Notes: generated by a model not told the origin, from the letters alone. 57,745 nucleotides of DNA from a virus (IMGVR_UViG_3300009506_000036:1-57745); one strand, 5' to 3'. Counted from the stretch's first letter, positions 27,825 through 37,917 are shown. A program made the numbers and translations.

Positions 27825-27883
27825 ACTAGCCTCCGGCCCACTGTACCCGATTGAGGGTCTTATCCCTTGACAGGGTTATACAG

Positions 27884-27977
27884 GATATCAGGATCTACAG
27901 ATCTGATATAAGCATGCCCCAGTGCTCTAGTGGGGAATAGGTCTATATCAGATATCAGGATCTAGAGATCTGATATA
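27884..27977. repeat. 27-bp direct repeat, each copy self-complementary
   Basis: GATATCAGGATCTA(C/G)AGATCTGATATA at 27884-27910 and 27951-27977. Confidence 0.9.
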
Positions 27978-28123
27978 GCCCCTGGCCCCTGCCTTCGCGC
28001 ACTGGCCTGGGCCCGGGCCCCTGGCCCCTGGCCAGACCCCTGGCCCGCGCGGGCCCTGGGGGGCTGGACGGGGGGCCAGGGCCCGACCCCTGGCCCCTGG
28101 CCAGGGCCCTCAGCCGGCCCCCC

Positions 28124-28191
28124 CGTTTGTAGATACTATCCACATTGTGGATACTATCTACAAACGCACAGGGCCCTGCCCTTGTGGATAG
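28124..28191. repeat. Inverted repeat containing DnaA-box-like 9-mers
   Basis: CGTTTGTAGATACTATCCACA-T-TGTGGATACTATCTACAAACG plus TGTGGATAG at 28183-28191. Confidence 0.7.
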
Positions 28192-28532
28192 TAGATACAA
28201 ACGTGACGGATAGTATCTGCAAAGGCTACGTAGAGAATCGGGGTCCAGGTCCAATGACCCATGTCCTTTTGCACGGCCCAAAATTTGTGCGCTGTGAAAA
28301 ATTCGAGGCCCATATAAGGTGCCTCGAACAAGAAGTCTGTTTACAATTACCTTACAAGAAAAAGGCCTTCGCAGGCCCTCCCCGCCCCTCAGGCCGACCG
28401 ATTACTGTAAATGGTGCTTGCGCAGGGGGTTACGATCGGGTATGGACGACTGACTCCTTCGTGGAGATTCATGCGACATCTCCAAGTTCTCCAGCGGGTG
28501 GGTCAGCCAACAACTGGTCCACCCGCCTCCAC

Positions 28533-29672
28533 ATGACCGAAGCCCTCGATCGAGCCTACGACCGCTTCAGACAGGACGTGATCCTCGCGCACGAGCGCAA
28601 GGTCGCGCGATGTCAGCTGCCCATGCTGGTCTCCGAGATCCCTCCTCACCTGAGGCACAACGGGCAGAAGAGGGCCATTCACCAGCTGTCGCCCGAAATC
28701 AGCGACCGGCTGGGGGCCACACACCTCCTCCTGGCCCGGCCAGATGCCCCACCCGAGTCCCTGGAGCCCTACCTCTCCGCGGACAGGCTGTCCATGGAGG
28801 ACGCGAAGCCCTTCCGGGTGGCCATGGCCTGGCGCATCGTGCGCACCCTGGCGCGCCTGAAGGGCCTGGTGGCCGACGAGGAGCTGCTGGTCGAGGCGCT
28901 GCCCTTCGAGCCCTCGCCGTGGATCGAGGCACAGACAGGTTATGGAGCGCTCCCACCGGAGCAGAAGACCGTCGTCTTCCGCGAGATGAGGATCGAGCCC
29001 GCTGTCCGACAGATCTGCGCCATGGCGATCGAGCTGCCGCTCCTGCCGCCGCTACCGCCGAAGGAGACCCCGTTCGACATCGAGAGGTACACGACGGACA
29101 GCGACGAGAAGTTGCTCTCGTACGTGGACATGATAGCGCGCATGTGTGCTCACTACGGGTACAACAGCCACGTCGATGGAGTGTACGGGATGGCCGGGCT
29201 CCTGGAGCCTGACCTGATCCGCCTGGTGTTCCCCTCGCCGGGCGAGATCATGAGTTACGAGAACGTCCTGGCGCTGAAGATCGCCGACATGCTCGGGTAC
29301 CACCCGATGCGCGACATCAGGCGGTCACTCGCGGAGGTCTATCACCTGACGGAAGGGGAGATCAACGTAGCGCTGAAGATCGGCGTCGGGCAGCTCCACA
29401 AACAACACAGCCAAGACGTGGAAGACGCCAGGGCGATGATGATCGCCCGCACCGAGGACTTCATCTCGCGCTCGAAGGAGAGCCTCGACCTGACCAACGA
29501 AGCGAAGGGCCTGAAGATCCTCACCCTCGTGCAGGGCCTTGTGCGCACTGAACCGGAGGACGCGAACAAGGATTTCGAACAGATGGTTGACAAGGTGGCG
29601 GGTGAGCAGCCAACGATCAGCCGTCCAGAGATCACAGTGATCGATGTACCTAACCTATCACGGGAGAACTGA
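28533..29672 (+). CDS. Hypothetical protein, candidate terminase small subunit-like
   Basis: Likely start MTEALD; first gene of the TerL block; helical C-terminus (...AKGLKILTLVQGL). Confidence 0.6.
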   Translation: MTEALDRAYDRFRQDVILAHERKVARCQLPMLVSEIPPHLRHNGQKRAIHQLSPEISDRLGATHLLLARPDAPPESLEPYLSADRLSMEDAKPFRVAMAWRIVRTLARLKGLVADEELLVEALPFEPSPWIEAQTGYGALPPEQKTVVFREMRIEPAVRQICAMAIELPLLPPLPPKETPFDIERYTTDSDEKLLSYVDMIARMCAHYGYNSHVDGVYGMAGLLEPDLIRLVFPSPGEIMSYENVLALKIADMLGYHPMRDIRRSLAEVYHLTEGEINVALKIGVGQLHKQHSQDVEDARAMMIARTEDFISRSKESLDLTNEAKGLKILTLVQGLVRTEPEDANKDFEQMVDKVAGEQPTISRPEITVIDVPNLSREN

Positions 29673-29676
29673 ACCA

Positions 29677-29991
29677 ATGAGTAGTTTCCAAAACGCAGTA
29701 GAGTCCATGACGAACGAACTGACCTCGTTCCTCATGACCCAGGCAGGCCAGGTGGTGGGCAACGTCGCCGACCTCCAGGCCTTCGCGGCTGAACTGTCAG
29801 CCGACCTCATCGAGGCGGTGAGCCTCGATCGGCAAGATCTCGTCAAGGAGATTCGGTCGCAGATCGAAGTCCGCGCCGAGAAGCTCCGCATCGAAGGCAA
29901 CCGTCACTTCTGGAACACGCTCCAGGTGGCGATCGGCCTCACCATCCAGACCGCTTTCGGATTCGCCAAGGATCTGGAAGTCCCGGAGTGA
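29677..29991 (+). CDS. Hypothetical helical protein
   Basis: MSSFQNAV start with GGAG upstream. Confidence 0.7.
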   Translation: MSSFQNAVESMTNELTSFLMTQAGQVVGNVADLQAFAAELSADLIEAVSLDRQDLVKEIRSQIEVRAEKLRIEGNRHFWNTLQVAIGLTIQTAFGFAKDLEVPE

Positions 29992-30245
29992 CCATGGCCC
30001 CCTCACAGCCCGTCAACATGCCCCCGGGGATGCTACCGCCGAACCCTCAAGTTCGCAGCAAGCCGCCCTTCAGGGTCAGTAAGAAGCTGACGATCACGAT
30101 CGTGACCGCGCTCGTGCTCACAGCCAACAAGAAGTTCGACCTTGGTCTCGACAGCAACACCACGATGGAGATCGCGGCTGTGGTAGGGGCTTACCTGGTT
30201 GGACAAGGAGTCGCAGACATGCGGCAACGAGGACCATTCGGATGA
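29988..30245 (+). CDS. Putative holin
   Basis: Two hydrophobic segments; SKKL...AYLVGQGVAD pattern typical of small phage holins. Confidence 0.6.
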   Translation: MTMAPSQPVNMPPGMLPPNPQVRSKPPFRVSKKLTITIVTALVLTANKKFDLGLDSNTTMEIAAVVGAYLVGQGVADMRQRGPFG

Positions 30246-30487
30246 AGAAGATCAAGTGCCGCGAGTGCTTGAGCATCTTGCGTCCGAGAGGATGGATCAA
30301 TCCCGACAACACTGTAGAGCCGGACATGAGAACGATCGAGTGCCCGGTCTGTGGCAACGAGTTCACTATACGGAGGGAAGGGTCTACTGTCATGCCCAAG
30401 TACTCTGGTCAGGACGTAGAACTTGTTTGGACCCTGTACCATCACATCACCGAAACCCAACGCGTGGAGATCCAGTCGCATGGCTGA
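30242..30487 (+). CDS. Zn-ribbon protein
   Basis: CREC...CPVCG. Confidence 0.65.
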   Translation: MKKIKCRECLSILRPRGWINPDNTVEPDMRTIECPVCGNEFTIRREGSTVMPKYSGQDVELVWTLYHHITETQRVEIQSHG

Positions 30488-30935
30488 ACAAACATTGAAA
30501 GTCCGTTTCACGGAGCAGACCAGGGACCTCATCGAAAAGTTCAAGGAACAACTACGTTCTCTGGACATGCTCATCGAAAAGGCCTCACGGCCCGAAGGGA
30601 TGTGCATCGAGGACTCGCCCGAATACGACAAAGCGGTCCAGGAGACCGTCGATATCGTCGTCCAGCAAGCAGAAGACATCAAAGACCTGCAAGATCGCGT
30701 CACCGCGCTTCTCAAGAGCAGGCGCGAATTCGCGCAGCACATCAGCAGCCTCCAGGACAAAGTCAAAGAGCTGGAGTCTCGTCCGACCGGTGGGGAGACC
30801 CATCTTCACTATCACTACCCAGCCACCAATCCGCCATTGCTTCCCTATGTGCTGTGGTGCGGTGATCCCACTCTTACGGGTGTTCCCGGTGGAACGACTA
30901 CCATTCACTTCGATACCAATACCAACAAGTCATGA
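30480..30935 (+). CDS. Coiled-coil hypothetical protein
   Basis: MAEQ start; heptad repeats. Confidence 0.65.
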   Translation: MAEQTLKVRFTEQTRDLIEKFKEQLRSLDMLIEKASRPEGMCIEDSPEYDKAVQETVDIVVQQAEDIKDLQDRVTALLKSRREFAQHISSLQDKVKELESRPTGGETHLHYHYPATNPPLLPYVLWCGDPTLTGVPGGTTTIHFDTNTNKS

Positions 30936-31267
30936 AGCACGCCCTCACAGTTGCTCTCCTGTTCCTCGCCTCGTGTGTGACCACGATCAAGACAGATGCG
31001 ATCTTGGACACCATACAAGCAGTGGTAATCCGTCACGACGCGTACGTCATGGCGGATGACCAGGACCCTGTGGCGCTCGCTCAGTCTGCGGAGCTGATGG
31101 ATCTCGTCCTCTCCTCGGAAGAGGTCGAGAAGCAGACCCTAGCCATGCCACTTCTGCCGGTCACAGCCAGGCACGACGTCTACGTGAACTCTGACGAGTC
31201 TCTCACGCCGCTGGAGAAGAGGGTCTACCTCCGCAGCTCCAGCGAGCTGAGACACTTGGTAGAGTAG
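30932..31267 (+). CDS. Lipoprotein (possible o-spanin-like)
   Basis: Lipobox LASC after a hydrophobic signal; internal repeat RHD(A/V)YV. Confidence 0.7.
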   Translation: MKHALTVALLFLASCVTTIKTDAILDTIQAVVIRHDAYVMADDQDPVALAQSAELMDLVLSSEEVEKQTLAMPLLPVTARHDVYVNSDESLTPLEKRVYLRSSSELRHLVE

Positions 31268-31291
31268 TACTACAAACCCCACTGCCATTAG

Positions 31292-31714
31292 ATGACCTCC
31301 ACTCAACAACAGGGTGTCTTACCCAAACCAACGAATGGCAATGGGGGGACGATAAACGAGAAGACGAAACTGCCGCTCTCGTTTGTCATTCCACTTGTTG
31401 CCTTCGTTGTATCCGCAGCTCTTGCTTATGCAAGCCAGCTCAGAGAACTCGATAGCCTTCGCCGCGAACAGAGGCAGTGTAGAGTTGACCTCACGCGAGA
31501 CATCGACGGGGTTCGAACAGAGCTGGAGAAACATGACACGGAGGACCATTTTCGCGGAGCGGATGCTGATCGATGGCACGAACGCATCCAGTGGGCCTGG
31601 GAGTACTACGCAAGAAACACAGGCCTGAAGTGTTACCCGTTGGTCCCTCCCTGGCGGGAGGGCACGTCATATCACCCCAAACTGATCTACATCGAAGGAG
31701 AAAAGCCCAAGTGA
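31292..31714 (+). CDS. Membrane-anchored coiled-coil protein (possible lysis accessory)
   Basis: Single TM segment followed by coiled coil. Confidence 0.65.
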   Translation: MTSTQQQGVLPKPTNGNGGTINEKTKLPLSFVIPLVAFVVSAALAYASQLRELDSLRREQRQCRVDLTRDIDGVRTELEKHDTEDHFRGADADRWHERIQWAWEYYARNTGLKCYPLVPPWREGTSYHPKLIYIEGEKPK

Positions 31715-31980
31715 CCGTACCCATCAAATACATATCGCGGTTGCTATGGATCGCTTCCATAGGGTTCGCAGCTGCCGCGTTGATCTCTTGCCTGTAGGAG
31801 GGCAACAACATGCGTCGTCACGTACCCGTACCTCGTCCTACTGATCAACCGAAAGGTGACAAGCCACCTAAGATCAAGGAGAAGAAGCCGCTGCCTCCTG
31901 TGATGGCAGGTAGTGGTAGTTCGTTGCCCAGGGGAGGCCATACGGTCAAAACCAAGGGCATGAAGAAGCTCGGGTAGCCA

Positions 31981-33477
31981 ATGGGGAAGTTTGCTCGACA
32001 GTTCGAACCTCTCTACAGGGAATGGAGATTCGACATCTTCAAGCTCTGTGAAGCCTTCCGATTCAACCCGTCGTGGCAACAGCGAGACTTCCTTCAGGCT
32101 ATCCAGGTAGCAACGCACGGGTTTCCTGCGCCATCGTGGCCGTACTTGTCAAAGCGAGCACCTACCGAGAATCTGGGGTGCCGGTTGATAGCGACCAAGT
32201 CAGGACAGGGACCTGGAAAGACAGCAGCATCGACCATCGGGGGCGCGTACCGGACGCTACAGCACAAGGATGCGCTCACGATGGTCACTGCTCCTACCAT
32301 GGATCAATGCCGAGAGGTGTGGCTGGCCGAGTTCCGCAGGCGAGCGGACCATGCCCACCCGGCGCTCCAGCGATTGATCCGACCTACGAAGAGTCGCATC
32401 ATCTTCGGTAACCGGCCAAACTGGGCTATCAAGTTCGTGACAGCTGTTCGTGAGCAGAATGCTCAGGGTCGCCACGAGGAACACATGACCTGGATCGCTG
32501 AGGAGGCCTCCGGGATCATCAGAGCGCTCATGGTACAGATCGAGGGAACGCTCTCCAACACGGATGGCATGTTCATCTGTGTTGGCAACCCGAACACCAG
32601 GGACTGCTACTTCTTCGATTGCTTCAACATCGACAGGCATCACTGGTGGTGTTACACGATGAACGCCGAGGAGTCACCTGAGCATATCGTGGCTCAGTCT
32701 CGCAACAGGCTGTTGGCCGAGAAGTACGGACATGACTCTGACATTTACAGGGTCAGAGTCCTCGGTGAGTTCCCGCACAACAGTCCCAATTGCGTGATCT
32801 CTTCTGAAGACCTGGAGGCTTGCACGCGCACTGATCCATCGTACTGCATGCGGTTCGGGCGACGAGAGCGAGGACAGCTAGTCATCCCTCAGCAGTTCGG
32901 AATCGACTTCGCCAGGTATGGAGGGGACGAGAACGTCGTCTACCAGCGATTCGGGAACTGCATCATCGGACAATGGATCGAAGGGCATACAGATCCGAAC
33001 AATGCGCTCGACAAAGCCTTCGAGATGCGCAAGACCTCCAACTGGAAGTTGGACAAGACCTGGTTCGTTCCAGACGCTGGAGGGATGGGTCAAGGCCTGA
33101 TGCGCAGGCTTGAGCAGTTGAACACGAACTTCATGGAGTTCCACAACGGTGGACATGCCGCAGATCCGGAGTTCGCGAACAAGATCACCGAGGCCTGGTT
33201 CAACTTCGGCAGGCTTGTGAGGGCACGCCAGGTGTACATTCCCAATGACCCTCGATTGATTCAACAGTTATCAACCAGGCAGTACGTGTACAAGGACTTC
33301 AAGGGTAAAGGAAAGATCTGCGTCGAGTCCAAGGAAGAGTACATCCTCAGGATGAAACGAGAGCTTGGAAGTACCTCTGAAGAAGCAGGTAAATCACCTG
33401 ACCGTGCCGATGCCATGGTAATGTGCTTCTACAACAACGTAGAGTCTGTCGGTAGGATTTCAACACGAGCGTCATGA
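31981..33477 (+). CDS. terL: Terminase large subunit
   Basis: SGQGPGKT, APT..Q, IAEEAS, GNP, GIDFARYGGD, SPDRADA. Confidence 0.95.
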   Translation: MGKFARQFEPLYREWRFDIFKLCEAFRFNPSWQQRDFLQAIQVATHGFPAPSWPYLSKRAPTENLGCRLIATKSGQGPGKTAASTIGGAYRTLQHKDALTMVTAPTMDQCREVWLAEFRRRADHAHPALQRLIRPTKSRIIFGNRPNWAIKFVTAVREQNAQGRHEEHMTWIAEEASGIIRALMVQIEGTLSNTDGMFICVGNPNTRDCYFFDCFNIDRHHWWCYTMNAEESPEHIVAQSRNRLLAEKYGHDSDIYRVRVLGEFPHNSPNCVISSEDLEACTRTDPSYCMRFGRRERGQLVIPQQFGIDFARYGGDENVVYQRFGNCIIGQWIEGHTDPNNALDKAFEMRKTSNWKLDKTWFVPDAGGMGQGLMRRLEQLNTNFMEFHNGGHAADPEFANKITEAWFNFGRLVRARQVYIPNDPRLIQQLSTRQYVYKDFKGKGKICVESKEEYILRMKRELGSTSEEAGKSPDRADAMVMCFYNNVESVGRISTRAS

Positions 33478-33734
33478 AGTGCCCGGTGTGCGACGAGAAG
33501 CTCAGGATTTCCCACACCATAGGCGCGGGAGAGAGGGGTCAGACCAGAGCGATGTTTTGTCCAAACTGTAGGCGTAAGTTCACGGAAGTCAGCATCATCC
33601 ACGAGAACAATGGTCTAGGAACTGGGGCCCGCGCCCTGGCAACTGCCATCCGGCAAGGAAAGGTCGATGTCGTCAAGCGAAGCGGTACGAGCCATTCACA
33701 GAGCCTGTTCCAGGGCTATCCGCCTACTGTGTAA
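33474..33734 (+). CDS. Zn-ribbon protein (possible late regulator)
   Basis: MKCPVC...R...CPNCRRKFT resembles Ogr/NrdR-type ribbons. Confidence 0.6.
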   Translation: MKCPVCDEKLRISHTIGAGERGQTRAMFCPNCRRKFTEVSIIHENNGLGTGARALATAIRQGKVDVVKRSGTSHSQSLFQGYPPTV

Positions 33735-34623
33735 GGGGGAGGGGGATATTCCCGAGGTCGAGGCAATCATCGTCCTGATCCTCGGTCGCCTGGGACCTTT
33801 CTGGGAGGCTCAGGCGACCGGCGCGGTCGAGGAGATCCTCCGGAAACTCAGGAGGCTCCAGGACGCGCTCCCTACGGCCTCCGTGGACTTTGTCGCGGGG
33901 GCCGACGAGGACGACCCCGCTCGCGAGGTCTTCGTGGCGGCCCTCCTGGGGGCCCTGGAGCGCCGCCTAAGCGCTCCCCCGACGCCCTGGGCCCAGGAGG
34001 CGCTCCAGGGCCTCTCGGAGTCGCTCCTGGACGCCGGGGCGGGGAGCACAGGCCAGTGGATCGACTGGGCCCAGCCCTCTGCAGCGGGGCTCCCAGAGAG
34101 CGCTGAGGCCGACCTGCTGCTGCAGCTACGGGGACGCTACCTGACGCGCCGGGAGGCCGTCCGGGGGCACCTGGAGGCCTACCTGGCCCGGCCCGAGGTC
34201 CGGAGGGACTCGGAGGCCTGGGCAAGGCAGCTGGCCGACCTCCTGGGAGTGGACGTGACCGACTGGCTGCCGGTCACCGTGGATGCCTGGGCGTACCGCT
34301 GGTACAACATCGCGAGGGTGGTGTCCTATGCTCAGGCAGGCGTGAGGACCCTGGTGCTCTGGAATCCTCGGGACCAGAACACGACCCCGTTCTGCTGGTG
34401 GGCTCATGGGTATGAGGTACCTGTAGGGCTGGCTCTTGAGCACATCGACAGATACGAGCAAGCGGTTTCAACAGGGGACATGGACAAGGCCATGAAGATC
34501 TGGCCTCTGCAAGAACCTAGCAAGTTCAACAGGGCTACTTACTTGTCTCATCACCCATTGCCGCCGTTCCACTTTCGCTGCAGGACGGAGGTGCGACCGA
34601 AAGAAGGAGAGAGCGTGCGGTAG
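33667..34623 (+). CDS. MuF/SPP1 gp7-like minor head protein
   Basis: C-terminal DQNTTPFC...PPFHFRCRT. Confidence 0.8.
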   Translation: MSSSEAVRAIHRACSRAIRLLCKGEGDIPEVEAIIVLILGRLGPFWEAQATGAVEEILRKLRRLQDALPTASVDFVAGADEDDPAREVFVAALLGALERRLSAPPTPWAQEALQGLSESLLDAGAGSTGQWIDWAQPSAAGLPESAEADLLLQLRGRYLTRREAVRGHLEAYLARPEVRRDSEAWARQLADLLGVDVTDWLPVTVDAWAYRWYNIARVVSYAQAGVRTLVLWNPRDQNTTPFCWWAHGYEVPVGLALEHIDRYEQAVSTGDMDKAMKIWPLQEPSKFNRATYLSHHPLPPFHFRCRTEVRPKEGESVR

Positions 34624-34669
34624 AACCGACACGCCCTCTCCAGGCAAGAGCCCCTCACAGAGCCCTGAT

Positions 34670-35062
34670 CTAGAGGTCGAGGCCTAGTCTGGCGATGACC
34701 GAGTTCAGCTTCGCCGCAAGAGTGGCCACGGCATCAGCAGCAGTAGCCACGCTGGATACAGCAGCGATGGTGTCACCACCGCTGGACCCGCCAGAGTTGT
34801 CTGTAAGAGAGTTCACGTCAGTGCCGTCAGAGGTCACCATGTGAACCCACGCACTGCCTGTGCTCATGTAGATCTCGTACGGTGCCGAGGAGCCGACAGC
34901 TGCGATGCAGCCATCGTAAGCGCCTGGGTTAGGAAGGGCTCCGGTGTTGGCGTAGAGCCCAGGAGCGAACGGAGTCGTACCGATCGCGTCCATGTTGTCG
35001 TTGATGTTGGAATCCCACCCTTGTTCATCGTGGGTGATTGCGGTCAGTGAGGGTCTGCTCAT
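34670..35062 (-). CDS. Small virion fibre/decoration-like protein
   Basis: GW...INDN start; LTDNSGG...ATLAAKLN trimer-like end; last gene of the tail operon. Confidence 0.6.
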   Translation of the reverse strand: MSRPSLTAITHDEQGWDSNINDNMDAIGTTPFAPGLYANTGALPNPGAYDGCIAAVGSSAPYEIYMSTGSAWVHMVTSDGTDVNSLTDNSGGSSGGDTIAAVSSVATAADAVATLAAKLNSVIARLGLDL

Positions 35063-37917
35063 GTCACTCGTTCGACTGTGATCACTACGGGATCGGACTT
35101 GTATCCACCGTTCACGTTGCGAAGGTGGACCTTGAAAGCGGAAGGATACGAGCTGCTGAAGTCGCTGTACAGGTTCGCGTCGGAGTAGGTCCAGTCAGCC
35201 CGAGACCTGGAGTAGACGTTCTTCACGTTGTCCGAGGTATCGGTCACGGTCAGCTCAAAGGAGCCGAAGATGTCGATGCTTCCCGTGGCCTGGCCTGCGT
35301 TGACTGTACCTCCACCGGTGTTTGGTAGGAGACCTGAAACGTAGGACCACACGAAAGCAATGGAGCTACCGCTGACGTAGTAGTTGTTGTTTCCAGACAC
35401 GCGTAAGGCCGAGGGTCGCTGAGGTTTCAGGCTGTTGCCATATAGGTTGACCTCGATCGCCGGGCAGGTTTCCAGAGCAGCGTACGCTGTGTCTGTCCTG
35501 GGCTGTACCTTGATCCACACGGTCCCATTCGGCATGAGGAAAGGACTAACCAGGTGCTGGAGCTGAGAGACATTGAACAGGAAACAGTAATCGCCTGCAG
35601 AGTGATCACTTCTGATGGTGTTGTACTTCGCCCGCAGTAGTCCCCTGAGCTGCCAGGTATCACCGGACACGTTCATGACGTTGCGGCAGAACATGATCTC
35701 GTCGTTGATCACGAGGAGTTGATCACCTCTGCGCCACTTGGCCGTATCGGAGGACAGGTTCGCTGCTCTTGCAACCAGGTCTACCCCAATCTCGGTGAAC
35801 GTAGGACCAAGTTCTGTGTACCAGGCATCGACAGCGTCCATGGCACTGGTGAGGATACCACCAGTGAATGTGTTGGATTCCTCACCAAGGTAGGTATACG
35901 AGGTGTTGTCGGGACTGATCCAGATCGCAGCACTAGCGATGTTGGTATGGGCTCGGATGCGGGGAATGACCAGGCTCTGAGGACCGTAAGGCAGGAGGTA
36001 CATGGGCACCTCGACAGCGGCGTCTGCGAGATCGGGCAGCGGAGGGGGAGGAGGTCCACCAGTGTTCCCACCACCAGGAGATCCGGCAGAAGCGTCAGTT
36101 TTCACAGCGTAGTAGTTGGATACGGCTGTGATGGTGACTGACTCATCAGGTTGCTTTACCTGGGTCTCCATGCAGAGCAATTGGTGGGGTACATCTTCTG
36201 CTGTGAACACCCTGCCTGGTGTGATCATTCTCGCTTCGCGGGAAGCCACGATGGTGAACTTGGCCCCTGAGCCGAGGTCTTCTTGACTTCTCCTGTTGGC
36301 AACTATCTTGGCAGTCTTGAAGTCGATGACAGAGGGAAGACCGACCTTTTTCGCCCTCGCGAGCTCCATATACTGCATGGCTCCGTTGTTGTCGTATCCT
36401 CCGATCGGCATGTCCTTGTACAAGTAGTTGCGATCGGCAAACACGTAGAGCACTCTCTCTGAGGCTTTCACTCTGTGAACAGACGTGATCTCAGGCCTTG
36501 GAGGAAGAATGTGGTCTGGGCCGAGGTGGGGAATGTAGGTAGAGGTAGAGGTCCTGATCGGAACGAACTTGTACTTGGCTGTGAATGGATCGAGCACGAT
36601 GAAGCACCCGATGTCGGTCATCAATTCGGCAAGGATCGAGTCTGCGGTTTCACCATCCCTGGCTTCGATGTTTCCTGCTAGTCTCTCGTTTGCACACAGA
36701 ACACCTAGATCTTCCAGGGAGTCCATGTCGAATAGAGATTGTTCCTGGTGCATACCGTGAGGGAAGTCAGCAAACAACACCTGGGCCATGATGTGAGCCA
36801 TGTTGTACCCATCATCGTTTCCTGGTTTGTAGATGTGAGCATAGGCATCGGAAGCGATGATAGAGCCAGTGAGGTCGACACCAGCAAGGTGGATGACCAG
36901 CCAGGTATGCCCGAACACGGCATCGCCTTCAACATACCAACCGACTCGATCCATCGTGTAGACAGTGTCCGGATTGAGTGTGCTCACACCAGAGATCCTG
37001 AACTTGTCTCCTGTGCGGGGGATCCAGGTAGCATCAGCAAACGGGTCCGTGCCGTTGTACTGCATCCAGGCGTTGGACTTGAAAGCATCCCAGAGCTTGA
37101 TCAACAACACGGGAGTACCGAAGTAACCGTTGTCACTGACCAGAATGGTGTATGCACCGTGAGTTTGGGTGGCCCTCTTGATGAACTCCGAGGTGCTGTA
37201 CGTTTGCTCGATGTAGGCAGGGGTAAGAGACAGAGGATCTCCTTGGACCTCAACCTCGGTCTCGTACTTGATCTCTGGCCACAGCGCCTCATGAGGTGCG
37301 TGAGGGTAGTAGATGTGACAAAAGTAGGGCCATCGGCTGGCAATCGTGGGTGGATCGATGGCACTAGGATCTCCTCCTAGTTCAATGGGCAAGGAGTTGG
37401 CAGCTCCATGCAGACCACCACCGGAACTGTCGTCAATCGGTTGATCTACCTCGCCCCAGAAGATGTACGCGTGACCTAGTTTGTTGATGTAGAAGCTCGA
37501 TCCGCTAGGATGCGTTTCAGGTGAGAGAGGGAAGATGTCGTAGGTCAGACCTCCAGAGCCTGGTGTACCAGGGTAATTCGGTGGTTGGAGATACTCCTCG
37601 TCGATGGTGATGTTGTGGATTGCTTTCGCAGGACCGACGCAGATGTGGTGCCAGCCAGCTTGTCTCTTCGACCAACCTGTGTCGTCTCCCCAGACGATAC
37701 CTAGTTTCCTGACGAAAGCGAACTGTGGAGCAACCAAACGACGACCAATCACCAGCGGAAGGAGCGATCCTCTCTTAGCCAGTGTTTGAGTGTACTCCAT
37801 GTCAGGCGTGCTAGCGCCTTTCATGGCGTTCTTGGACATGATGTAGCTGGCTACACCAAGTCCTACCGCAATCACCAGGAGGATGACTGAGACAGCTGCT
37901 TCTTGGTATTCAATCAC
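35059..37917 (-). CDS. Tail tip / host-specificity protein (GTA megatron or lambda J-like)
   Basis: 952 aa; LPLVIGR, INDEIM...LRGLLRAKYNT...HSAG; follows DUF2163-like and NlpC/P60 genes. Confidence 0.85.
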   Translation of the reverse strand: MIEYQEAAVSVILLVIAVGLGVASYIMSKNAMKGASTPDMEYTQTLAKRGSLLPLVIGRRLVAPQFAFVRKLGIVWGDDTGWSKRQAGWHHICVGPAKAIHNITIDEEYLQPPNYPGTPGSGGLTYDIFPLSPETHPSGSSFYINKLGHAYIFWGEVDQPIDDSSGGGLHGAANSLPIELGGDPSAIDPPTIASRWPYFCHIYYPHAPHEALWPEIKYETEVEVQGDPLSLTPAYIEQTYSTSEFIKRATQTHGAYTILVSDNGYFGTPVLLIKLWDAFKSNAWMQYNGTDPFADATWIPRTGDKFRISGVSTLNPDTVYTMDRVGWYVEGDAVFGHTWLVIHLAGVDLTGSIIASDAYAHIYKPGNDDGYNMAHIMAQVLFADFPHGMHQEQSLFDMDSLEDLGVLCANERLAGNIEARDGETADSILAELMTDIGCFIVLDPFTAKYKFVPIRTSTSTYIPHLGPDHILPPRPEITSVHRVKASERVLYVFADRNYLYKDMPIGGYDNNGAMQYMELARAKKVGLPSVIDFKTAKIVANRRSQEDLGSGAKFTIVASREARMITPGRVFTAEDVPHQLLCMETQVKQPDESVTITAVSNYYAVKTDASAGSPGGGNTGGPPPPPLPDLADAAVEVPMYLLPYGPQSLVIPRIRAHTNIASAAIWISPDNTSYTYLGEESNTFTGGILTSAMDAVDAWYTELGPTFTEIGVDLVARAANLSSDTAKWRRGDQLLVINDEIMFCRNVMNVSGDTWQLRGLLRAKYNTIRSDHSAGDYCFLFNVSQLQHLVSPFLMPNGTVWIKVQPRTDTAYAALETCPAIEVNLYGNSLKPQRPSALRVSGNNNYYVSGSSIAFVWSYVSGLLPNTGGGTVNAGQATGSIDIFGSFELTVTDTSDNVKNVYSRSRADWTYSDANLYSDFSSSYPSAFKVHLRNVNGGYKSDPVVITVERVT

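Larger units (their letters stand above)
26326..28532. other. Non-coding control region between divergent arms (candidate origin, packaging site or genome ends)
   Basis: About 2.2 kb with no credible ORF; AT-richer core flanked by GGGCCC-rich blocks; many direct and inverted repeats. Confidence 0.7.

Noticed and set aside
26304-28281. ORFs in the control region and the 28182 upstream start
   Set aside because: Low-complexity Gly/Pro/Arg translations of repeats; coding-like composition begins near ATG 28533
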